A stretch of 20,000 nucleotides of DNA, taken from the NCBI RefSeq assembly GCF_025526975.1, contig NW_026515693.1, positions 428,643-448,642 of the forward strand, written 5' to 3'. The first letter of the stretch is position 1. The number at the start of each line of letters is the position of its first letter. The stretch is from Fimicolochytrium jonesii. Its lineage: Eukaryota. Below the pieces are notes generated by a model. It saw only the letters and a program-made list of their open reading frames with translations, did not search any database and had not been told where the DNA came from. Shown here in pieces: positions 10,202-18,665 of this stretch. Both the position numbers and the translations under genes were made by a program.

Positions 10202-13007
10202 ATGTCCGCTACCCCCCACAACCCCCTCCACCGCAAATCCTCAACGCCATCCTTCACAGGAACAGGAATAGCGCCCGCTGCCGGAGCGGGTGATCACCCG
10301 CACACTGAATCATATGCACATACGCAACATACGAACCACACCAACCATACGAGCGACCAGCCGAGCAGGCAGTTTTTGACTGCCCAGAAATTGAAGGTGA
10401 CGGGGGCCAAGGTTTGGGCTTGTGATCGATGTGAGTTGGATGAACTGGCGGTGTATAGGGTCGGGGGGAGGGGAGGGGAGGCGGAATGGGATGAATGTGA
10501 AGAATTGCGGAGTTCGGCGAGCGATGGTGTTCCTGGCGAGCATTCGTGGCTTTCGCCGAGCGAGTGAGCGAACCTCAGTCGTGGTTCTTGATCACCTTCG
10601 CCCAACATCCTTGTCGCCGGCGGAGCGAGCAGACGATCGTTTTGTCACTGAATCGTATCCTAATCCACATTCGTCCCATCTTTCCATTAGGCTATAGGTT
10701 AAAGAACAAATGCGACTCGCAACGACCTTCTTGCGCTGTGTGCAAAAAGGGCAATCACGAGTGCACGTACGAGCGCAAAGCAGCAAAGGCAAAGACGCTA
10801 TCCCCAGCTCCCGATGATCCGAATGCGGCGGCAACGCAACTACCGCCGCGGCTGCGACCGGGGGCGAAGAGTGAAAGGGGCAGTGGGAGTGTGAATAGTG
10901 TGAATAGTTTTATGAATGGAGCTGTGCAGATGTTTCAGACGAGCATGTTGCCGGATCCGATGTTGGCTCAGCCTGTCGTTGTGTGAGTTATTTGACTGCA
11001 AAGGACCAGGGATTCACCCATGAGCGATCTTAAGGCTAAAGTCCCTCTCGTTCGTCAGTCCCACAAACACACCCTACATGGAACTACTCCAAACCCGCCT
11101 TTATGAAGTCGAAGAAGCCGCCCGCAGCATGAGCGCCCCGGAACGCGAACCTCTCCTCTACCAACTCGAAAACACAATGCACACCATGAACGTCCACCAC
11201 CCGCACCCACAACAACAACAACCCCCATCCCTCACAACCCCACCCTACGCCTACCCCGAATTCCTCGGCCCAACCGGCCTCCCCCCACCACCCTCGACCT
11301 ACCAAACCTCCGAAGACCCCGTCCCCCAACGCATCGTCTCAAACATCTACTCGGCCCTCCCCTCCGAATCCTCCCTCTTCTCCTCCGACGTCATCCTCTA
11401 CCTCGTCCACACCTTTTTCCGCGAGATCGCACCCGCGTGGTATCCCAACCCCATCCACGAGGCGACGTTCATGGCCGCCTTCAACGAGCAGTCTCCACTT
11501 TTGATTTTTGCGATGTGTGCCGCGGCGGCGAGACGGAGCGATCACCCGATTACGCGCGCGTATGTCGCGAGCAAACGCGTACCGCTGTATCAGGCCGGTG
11601 AACCGTATTTGATGAAGGCGAAGGGAATGATTACGAGGTTTAGGGGCCCGCCGACCTTTGAGACGGTGGTGGCGTTGGTCACGATGGGGGTTGCTGCTGG
11701 AGGTATGGGAAATTGCGGGGACGTCTTGCACTTGTACAGCTTCGCTAACATTTTGTACTTTCGCACTTTTCTGTAGCAATGGGAGATGTAGACCTTTCTG
11801 TGCAGCTGATGACGATGGGGATACAGACTGCGCTCAACTTACGGCTGGATACAGATCCGGACCAGGAGGAGGTGCATGGGCGGATGACGTGGCTGCAGAA
11901 GGAATCTCGGAGGAGGCTTTGGTGGACACTGTGCATGGTATGAGTCCTACATTCTTCTAACATTCGTATGACATTCGAAATTGCTCATACTCCCTCGGGA
12001 ATCTCTTCTAGTACGACCGCCAACCGAAACCCGGCCTAGAAACAGTCGCTGCACAAAACGTCCCGCCCATGATCGGCGACGCCTCCCTCTCCTCCCCCGA
12101 CCAATTCTGCTTCAACGGCGTCTGCACTAGCCCCTCCACCAACCCTCCCGTCCCGGACCAGCTCTGGCTTTCCGTCACCGACCAATACGGCGAACCCAAC
12201 CCCTCAACCTTTCAATTCGGCCTCGACGTGGATTTCGGCGCCTTATCCGGTCGACTCGCGAAAGTGTTTTACAAGATCCAGAACTTCCATCAGAGTCTGC
12301 ATGGGTGTCCGGACCCCTCGGCGCTCACCATGCATTCCTTGCCGTTTCCGGTCCCCTGCGTCACGTCCCCCTGCGTAAAACCGGACCCAGCCGCCGCGCA
12401 AACGACGGAAAATCTGCTCGCGGTCGAACTCCAAGCGATCATGGGCTCGCTACCGGACTGGGCGCGCGACATCGACGACTACAAGGAGTTTTCCCCGGAT
12501 ATCACGTCACGCACCCCGCCGCCGTGGCAGTTGTTGACCCAGCATATCGTGTACCATGCCCTGAACGTGTGTCTGTTCCTGCCGAGCGTGCTGGCCCATG
12601 CGGATGCGTTACGCGGGCTGTATAAATCCACTGACGGGGGACATACGCCAAGTCCGTTCGGATCACCCTCACAGAATGATGCAACCCCACCCCCCCCACC
12701 ACCAACCCACATAACCCACGCCTACCACCGCTGCCGCTACCACGCGACCAGCATCGCCTCGCACCTCCGTCGCCTGATGTCCCTCAACCCCACCGCGCGC
12801 TGGGTCGACTGGTACACGCTGTACCTCGCGTTCCGCTCCGCCCTCGTCTTTGTGGTCGTGCTGAAGACGGAGGTGGATCGCGAGGAACTGGTGCATGCGC
12901 GCAGGGATCTGGAGATCCATCTCGCGGTGATGAGGAGTGTGGGCAGGCATTTGTGGTTTGCGAGGTGGATTACGACGTGTGTGGAGGGGATTATTATGGA
13001 GGCTTAG
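10202..13007 (+). CDS. Fungal Zn(II)2Cys6 (Gal4-type) transcription factor with fungal-specific TF middle homology region, ~773 aa, 5 exons
   Basis: Exons 10202-10430, 10691-10982, 11059-11702, 11777-11937 and 12012-13007 (all GT..AG, 2322 nt). Splicing rebuilds ACDRCYRLKNKCDSQRPSCAVCKKGNHECTY (CX2CX6CX6CX2CX6C) and ESRRRLWWTLCMYDR. PIHEATF and PLLIFAMCAAAAR are also present. Confidence 0.93.
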
Positions 13008-13211
13008 GGCGCAAGTTGGGAGAGGGGGGGGGGGGGGGGGGGGGAAGGAGAAGGTGTGGGAAGCGATCGCTCTGAGGCCGTGATCTGATACACGCACGCG
13101 AAATCACCATCAGTTTTTTGTACATATATCACCCCCCCGTTCATATTCACGCCCTTTCACACAGGCCCCTGGCGGATGGGAAACAGTCCAAGTGGAACTG
13201 GGGATAAAAAG

Positions 13212-13877
13212 TCACGTGAGCTGGTGAGGGTTTATATACGGGCTTTTGCCATTCCCCGTCATTATGTTCCCCAAGGCACAGGCGTAACCAGAGAGAAAAA
13301 ACCCTGCATCGGCGTATTCAACGTTGATCGTTTGTTCGTCGTCGTGGCCACCCCCGAAATACACCAAAACACCCACCTCATCCGTTGTCGCTGCTTCAAA
13401 TACACAAAAGCGCGACAAGCTTGGTAACTCCGAAATAGACCCTGATGTCCTGGCTCGGGGTCTCGACGTCCCCGAACGGGACTCATGCAGCCCTTTGGTA
13501 TGTATTTTCACTACGGCCGTCCAACCATCCGGCGATACCGCCCTCGTGACTTTTGGGTGGGAGGCGTGATTATGCTTGCTGCTACAAGACAGACACAGCA
13601 TGAGAGGAAGAGGTCGTGCTGTGGTGGTGGCCGGCAGAAGCAAGGGTCTGTCGAATTGAGGGGGTATGGTCGGGTGTCGGGAACATAAGCTGCGGTCTCA
13701 ATAGCATAAGAAGATAGCTCTCGTTAGAGCGTTGTCTTGCCACCTTAAAATCCAGGTGCTTTGAATGGAGTCCTCCTTCTTATACGGAGTCGGGAAATAC
13801 GGGTACGCGCACGAAATATCGGGCCGGTAATATCTGCAAGGTTTGACTACAAAACAATTCAACGGAGTTATCCAATA
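13212..13877 (-). pseudogene. Degenerate ORF with possible WRKY-GCM1/GCM-like zinc-binding domain (probable transposase relic)
   Basis: One minus-strand frame with a single internal TGA (13700-13698): ...STWILRWQDNALTRAIFLCY*DRSLCSRHP...LLLPATTTAR...CLSCSSKHNH...VTRAVSPDGWTAVVKIHTKGLHE. The order of motifs resembles GCM domains, judged by eye only. Confidence 0.3.
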
Positions 13878-13980
13878 TCACTCTCAACTATTCTTACAAG
13901 ATTCCTGATCTATCATGTCCTCTGCGACATTAGCGAAGTACGAACCGCGACACTCGGGGTCGTCTTGTCTGAGCTCTCGG

Positions 13981-14254
13981 TGTCGGGGATATCTCATATT
14001 CACTTGTATTCCATATTACATCCCTTACTTCTACTTGATCCAAGACCCGGCCTGGCCACCCAAACTCTCGGTGATACATTACATAAGGAGCCAAGCCTCA
14101 CTGAAGCCCCGCAAGCCCCACTGGCAGCCCATATATAAAGCTGTCAGTCGAGCGGCCGCTGCGAAAAGCTTCTTACTTTTTTCTTCACTACAATACACTG
14201 CTCTCAGCCCTCTCGGAAGGGCCCAATATCGTCTACGTTTCCTCTGACGTTACA
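13981..14254 (+). mobile_element. Solo LTR (274 bp) of an LTR retrotransposon with 5-bp target-site duplication
   Basis: Starts TGTCGG and ends GTTACA (TG...CA). Flanked on both sides by CTCGG (13976-13980 and 14255-14259). Internal TATA-like ATATATAAAG at 14131-14140. Related copies lie at 15696-16005. Confidence 0.9.
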
Positions 14255-14981
14255 CTCGGTGTCTGTCAGCACGCCTTGAGAGTCCTGAAAGGAACTAGAA
14301 GAGGTCGTCGGGAGTAAAGAAGTAGAAATAGCTCTGTTGTTGATTGGGAGCTGTGTTCTGCGTATCATACAAAGGTCTGGGGAAAGCAGTCGGGTTTTTA
14401 TACATATTTTTCTAGGCTACGGGATTTTGTCGAAGTCCAAACTCTCTACTATTTGTCTCTAGAGGATTCAGCTACGTCGGGGGCTTTTTCTCTTTTCCTG
14501 CGGCGGTCTACGTCGTTTTTCCTTTTTCTATTTGCAATTTCTACGCTGATACAGTCTTATCGCAAATCTTTTCTCGGGGTTTTCTGCAACGTTCGGCGTA
14601 CACGGCCATCGGAAATTGGTTTTCTCCTTTTGCAGTTGATTTGTTCAGCGTTTCAGGCGTTGTGGGAGCTTCTGGTTGGTTGAGAATCGGGTCGGGAGTG
14701 CTTTCAGGTGTGAGATCCTCTCCTACGCCTACATTTTTCGCCTGTCCGTCGTGTCCGAGGACAAAACATTGTTGTGAAGCAAGGTTTCGGTAAAGGCGGT
14801 TATATTTGGTAATTGTCGGAGTGTCAGGAACGCGAGTGTGTCGATTTATTGTGGAAAGTTTTGACGGTATTTGTCGTTGTCATATAAAGGTGAATTCATT
14901 TATTCGTTGAAGATTCTAGGCGTATAATTGGCGTCAAAATATTATCGAGCAGTTCGAAGCGCACTACTACAGCGCCCCAGT

Positions 14982-15233
14982 ATGCGCGGCCCACACCGGT
15001 CCATCTTCTTCTCCCTGCTGATCCTCCTGCTCTCCCTCAGCGCCATCGATACCGTGAACGCAGGTGGGGCTGCAAAACCCACCACCACAAAGACAACTGC
15101 TACTAGGACTAAGGCTACAACTACTGCGACGCCGACCACGATTGCGAAGCCGCCCACTGCTACGGGTGGGTCACGCAAGCGAGGCAAGCTCCCCATTGCA
15201 AAAGGGTGCCCCAGAGCCCGGCGGAGGAGCTAG
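14982..15233 (+). CDS. Small putative secreted Thr-rich protein (83 aa), possibly truncated or a pseudogene
   Basis: MRGPHRSIFFSLLILLLSLSAIDTVNA has a basic N-region, hydrophobic core and V-N-A cleavage-like end. It is followed by GGAAKPTTTKTTATRTKATTTATPTT. The ORF ends abruptly and sits among TE relics. Confidence 0.45.
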   Translation: MRGPHRSIFFSLLILLLSLSAIDTVNAGGAAKPTTTKTTATRTKATTTATPTTIAKPPTATGGSRKRGKLPIAKGCPRARRRS

Positions 15234-15695
15234 GCGAGGAGAAATGGGAGCAGCAGGGAGCGCTTGATGATGAGCGTAATGGCAATGGTGAGCGATGGCA
15301 AGGAGAAGAGATGCTCGAGGCAGGCGAGCCACATTGCGCCAAAGGCGCAATGCTTCCTATAATACCTGGTGCTTTGCAAGTCTCAGCGACCGTCAGATCT
15401 TCCAGCGAGTGAAGGGAGCTATGCTCTGCCTGCTGCAGCCTCGTCCTATGTCACAACGTTTTGCTGCAAATTCACGGCTTCGAGTCTCGATGGGACAACA
15501 CTCCTTTTTTTTCATCTATTTCATTCGAATCTCATTTTTGTATTGACAAATTCCGCCACCCCCTTTCTTGTCCCATCCCAGATGCCAGCACCTTCACCGC
15601 CCGCCATGTCATCCTCATCCTCACCACCTTTCTTCACATATCCCTCGTAGTTCACCTCTTATTTATTTGACGCCCTCCTCAGGATCTGAGGGAGG

Positions 15696-15896
15696 TGTCA
15701 GGGATATCTCATATTCACTTGTATTTCATATCATATCTCTTTACCTCTACACAATCCGATTCTCGGGCTGGCCACCCGAGCTCTCGGTGATATATTTACG
15801 TTACCTTTACATAAGGCTATGAAGCCATGTAAGACACACAAGCCCCACTGGCAGCCCATATATAAAGCTGTCAGTCATGGGGCTGCTGCGAAAGAC
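15696..15896 (+). mobile_element. Diverged, 3'-truncated LTR of the same family (U3-TATA part) preceded by a polypurine-tract-like motif
   Basis: Starts TGTCAG. Blocks identical to the solo LTR: 15701-15725 = 13986-14010 (25 nt) and 15839-15876 = 14112-14149 (38 nt), with divergent sequence between them. GAGGGAGG (15688-15695) directly abuts the TG, as a PPT does at a 3' LTR. Confidence 0.85.
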
Positions 15897-16005
15897 TGTA
15901 ACGTCAGAGGAAACGTAGACGATATTGGGCCCTTCCGAGAGGGCTGAGAGCAGTGTATTGTAGTGAAGAAAAAAGTAAGAAGCTTTTCGCAGCGGCCGCT
16001 TGACT
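15897..16005 (-). mobile_element. Inverted LTR 3' fragment (putative R-U5), near-identical to the solo LTR
   Basis: Reverse complement of 14146-14254 with 108/109 identity (one mismatch at 16001). It retains the intact ...GTTACA terminus at 15897. Confidence 0.92.
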
Positions 16006-16476
16006 TCGCAGCGGCCACTCCCCCTCTCTCCTCTCATTTTGCCAATCCTCCCGCAATATCGCCACTCCTCCTCTCTCCTTTCATTTCGCCAATCCCCCCA
16101 CGGCTTCTCCATAGCCAGCAGCTGTAGCAATGCTCTCTACGCTCGCCACGCCCGCTCTAGGAGCATAGCTGGCGCCCCCCCAGTCCCCTCTTGTTGTTGT
16201 TGTTCTCTGATCTGCTGGGTTGTCTATCTATAAATAGCCGGCCTCTCTTCGTCCATTCCCTTCCTCCCCAGCAGATCAACACCAGTTCTTCTCATCTACT
16301 GTTCTAGCCCTTGTTTCTTGTTTTGCCAATACAATCTCTTGTCGCCTATCGCTCTCGCTCTGTCTTCTCTTCTTCGCTTCCGCCTCTGTCGTCGAGATCA
16401 TAACAGAAGACTTGCCGGCTGCTACTGCAGCTGCGTACGCCTTTTGAGGTTGGGTTGTTGAATCCTTAGGCGGCAT
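16006..16476 (-). pseudogene. Degenerate charged/coiled-coil ORF relic (possible TE ORF1/gag-like), with an internal 47-bp-period tandem duplication
   Basis: MPPKDSTTQPQKAYAAAVAAGK...EAEAKKRRQSESDRRQE is followed, after a frameshift, by a frame with scattered TAG stops. A duplicated unit GCCACTCC.CCTCTCTCCT.TCATTT.GCCAATCC starts at 16014 and 16061. No family was firmly recognised. Confidence 0.3.
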
Positions 16477-17220
16477 GGTGCTTTCTAAGGGAGCGGTGAC
16501 TGGAGACCGTGAGTTCTTCTATCCTGGAACGTCCGCTAGTTGCGGGCGAAGCCAGGGCTCATAAGCACTTAGCAGTAGTCGGCAGAGGAAGCAGATGACT
16601 GAGAGAACTCTATGTTGTGTGAGATGTAATACTGTGAAGTATGTATTGTCTAAAGTAGAAAGAGGACCCGAGGTCCGAAGGGGAAGAAAAGAGTGAAGTC
16701 CCGTACGCGGAAGCGTGGCGTAAGCGGGAGGGAAGTCACGTGAGGAAATAAACTACGGGAACCCTAACCGGGGACTCGGGAGGATGATACGTCCAACACT
16801 CTACGCGTTTGATCTGCACCAGGGACTTAAGCTTTTTGAAGAGGGAGGCTGGTATCCATTGTTTTGAAATAGGAATAAGCGTAATGAAGATTGACCGAGA
16901 ACGACATTCCTGGGATACTTTTAAATGCTTGTCCGGGGCAGTGCAGTACTTTGATAGTCGGCCTTGGCCACATATGTCATTGATCCGAGTCCCACTTCCC
17001 GACGTATGAAGGAGACGATGGCCCCAATACCGTGTCCCATCTTACAGTTCCGTCTGCCCCAACGAGTTCCCAATTGATTGTTCGCTGTCAAATCCGGTCA
17101 AAGGTGCTGACGTAATTATATTTCTACGGTCTACGGAACTCCGCTATCAACCTCTTTCGATTTCTTGTTCGACAAGGACTTGCAACCAACCCTCCCCTCC
17201 TAACCCTTCAACTTGAGTTT

Positions 17221-17876
17221 ATTCCGGGATAGTATTCAGGAACGCTTTGGACGTCGAGGTGACGTCGGAGTACTGCGTAGGCAATATGTGCCACAAAATC
17301 GAAGCATTTCCTCTCTTCCGTGGCTCGGTATTGATAACGTCCAATTTTGTTTCTACTGAGAAGTATTTTACCAAGTATTCAACTAAGTATTTAGGTAAGA
17401 AAGTTCAACTAGGAAATAAAACATTGTATCCCATAACGCAATAATGGGGTAGTATTCAGGAACGATTTGAACGTCTTGAAACGGAGTATTCTGGCAATAA
17501 GCGGCGCAAAACGAAGCACTTTGTCTGTTCCCTTTGTCAGATGACGACTCGGGATACGGTCCTCCTCAATCACTCACCGGAGGTGTTCACGTCCGTAACC
17601 AAGGCAATCCACAAGATAGTGCGCTTCAACGGTCACTCTATCATCGCGTGGATAGACGACTTCCTGAACACGGCGCCCTCCAAAGACGGCTGCTTTCAGG
17701 GCGTACTCTTCCTTCTGCGCCTGTCGCAACTGCGTCCTGCCGTCATTCCCGGATAGCAATCAGGATTGATTTGAACGTCTTTGTCTTTCAAATGACGTCG
17801 GAGTACTACGCGGGCAGTAAGCGCCGCAAAAACGAAGCACTTCCTCTGTTCCCCTGGTCAGATGAAGACTCGGGAT
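17221..17876 (+). repeat. Three diverged dispersed direct repeats (~110-130 bp) at about 17221-17330, 17446-17555 and 17745-17876
   Basis: Shared blocks in the same order: G.TAG.A.TCAGGA...TTTG.ACGTC...CGGAGTA.T...GGCA.TA...CAAAA(T)CGAAGCA.TT..TCT.TTCC. Copies 2 and 3 also share GTCAGATGA.GACTCGGGAT. Confidence 0.85.
17574..17740 (+). mobile_element. Reverse transcriptase fragment, DIRS/Ngaro (tyrosine-recombinase retrotransposon)-like, catalytic motif WIDD
   Basis: SPEVFTSVTKAIHKIVRFNGHSIIAWIDDFLNTAPSKDGCFQGVLFLLRL follows the DIRS-type RT motif 4-5 pattern (S/A-P-x-x-F-T-K...L-R-x-x-G-x-x-x-x-x-Y-x-D-D-x-L...S...C). Recognised by eye. Confidence 0.7.
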
Positions 17877-18015
17877 TCCGACCTCCTTGCGGCCTCCCTC
17901 CCGCCTCTCCGAAGAGTATAAAAGACCGGCGTGCCAATCTCGGAAGCTGATCTGCCAAGCACCATCGAATACTGTAGTTGGTCAGACATCCTTTCGAAAT
18001 CGTTTTGCAGTACCC

Positions 18016-18054
18016 TTAGGGTTAGGGTTAGGGTTAGGGTTAGGGTTAGGGTTA
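18016..18054 (+). repeat. Short telomeric array (TTAGGG)6 + TTA
   Basis: Six perfect TTAGGG units at 18016-18051, followed by TTA. Confidence 0.98.
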
Positions 18055-18105
18055 CAGGACTGTTCCAGGTTATGGGTTATTTTTGGTGGTCCGGAAAGTG
18101 TCAAA
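18055..18105. repeat. 51-bp telomere-embedded element, copy 1 (truncated)
   Basis: CAGGACTGTTCCAGGTTATGGGTTATTTTTGGTGGTCCGGAAAGTGTCAAA; 49/51 identical to 18666-18716. Confidence 0.95.
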
Positions 18106-18665
18106 TTAGGGTTAGGGTTAGGGTTAGGGTAGGGTTAGGGTTAGGGTTAGGGTTAGGGTTAGGGTTAGGGTTAGGGTTAGGGTTAGGGTTAGGGTTAGGG
18201 TTAGGGTTAGGGTTAGGGTTAGGGTTAGGGTTAGGGTTAGGGTTAGGGTTAGGGTTAGGGTTAGGGTTAGGGTTAGGGTTAGGGTTAGGGTTAGGGTTAG
18301 GGTTAGGGTTAGGGTTAGGGTTAGGGTTAGGGTTAGGGTTAGGGTTAGGGTTAGGGTTAGGGTTAGGGTTAGGGTTAGGGTTAGGGTTAGGGTTAGGGTT
18401 AGGGTTAGGGTTAGGGTTAGGGTTAGGGTTAGGGTTAGGGTTAGGGTTAGGGTTAGGGTTAGGGTTAGGGTTAGGGTTAGGGTTAGGGTTAGGGTTAGGG
18501 TTAGGGTTAGGGTTAGGGTTAGGGTTAGGGTTAGGGTTAGGGTTAGGGTTAGGGTTAGGGTTAGGGTTAGGGTTAGGGTTAGGGTTAGGGTTAGGGTTAG
18601 GGTTAGGGTTAGGGTTAGGGTTAGGGTTAGGGTTAGGGTTAGGGTTAGGGTTAGGGTTAGGGTTA
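18106..18665 (+). repeat. Long interstitial telomeric array, ~93 units of TTAGGG
   Basis: 4 x TTAGGG, one TAGGG variant (18130-18134), 88 x TTAGGG (18135-18662), then TTA. Non-telomeric sequence follows. Confidence 0.98.

Noticed and set aside
13981..16005. A single full LTR element or TRIM bounded by the LTRs at 13981 and 15696
   Set aside because: The first LTR has its own TSD on both sides (solo), the two U3 regions are clearly diverged, and no PBS or gag-pol is evident between them.
13209..16744. Shared 12-mer AAGTCACGTGAG at 13209 and 16733 (GTCACGTG also at 8381)
   Set aside because: Short bHLH E-box-like palindrome with no extended flanking similarity; cannot be distinguished from chance.
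16760..16769. Isolated ACCCTAACC and CCTAACCCT (~17198) telomere-like words
   Set aside because: Single units in the opposite orientation; expected by chance.
17221..17876. CRISPR-like repeat-spacer array
   Set aside because: Eukaryotic context; the repeats are over 100 bp, diverged and irregularly spaced; no cas genes.
18016..18665. Telomere-telomere chromosome fusion site
   Set aside because: A fusion would give head-to-head TTAGGG/CCCTAA arrays; both arrays here have the same orientation.
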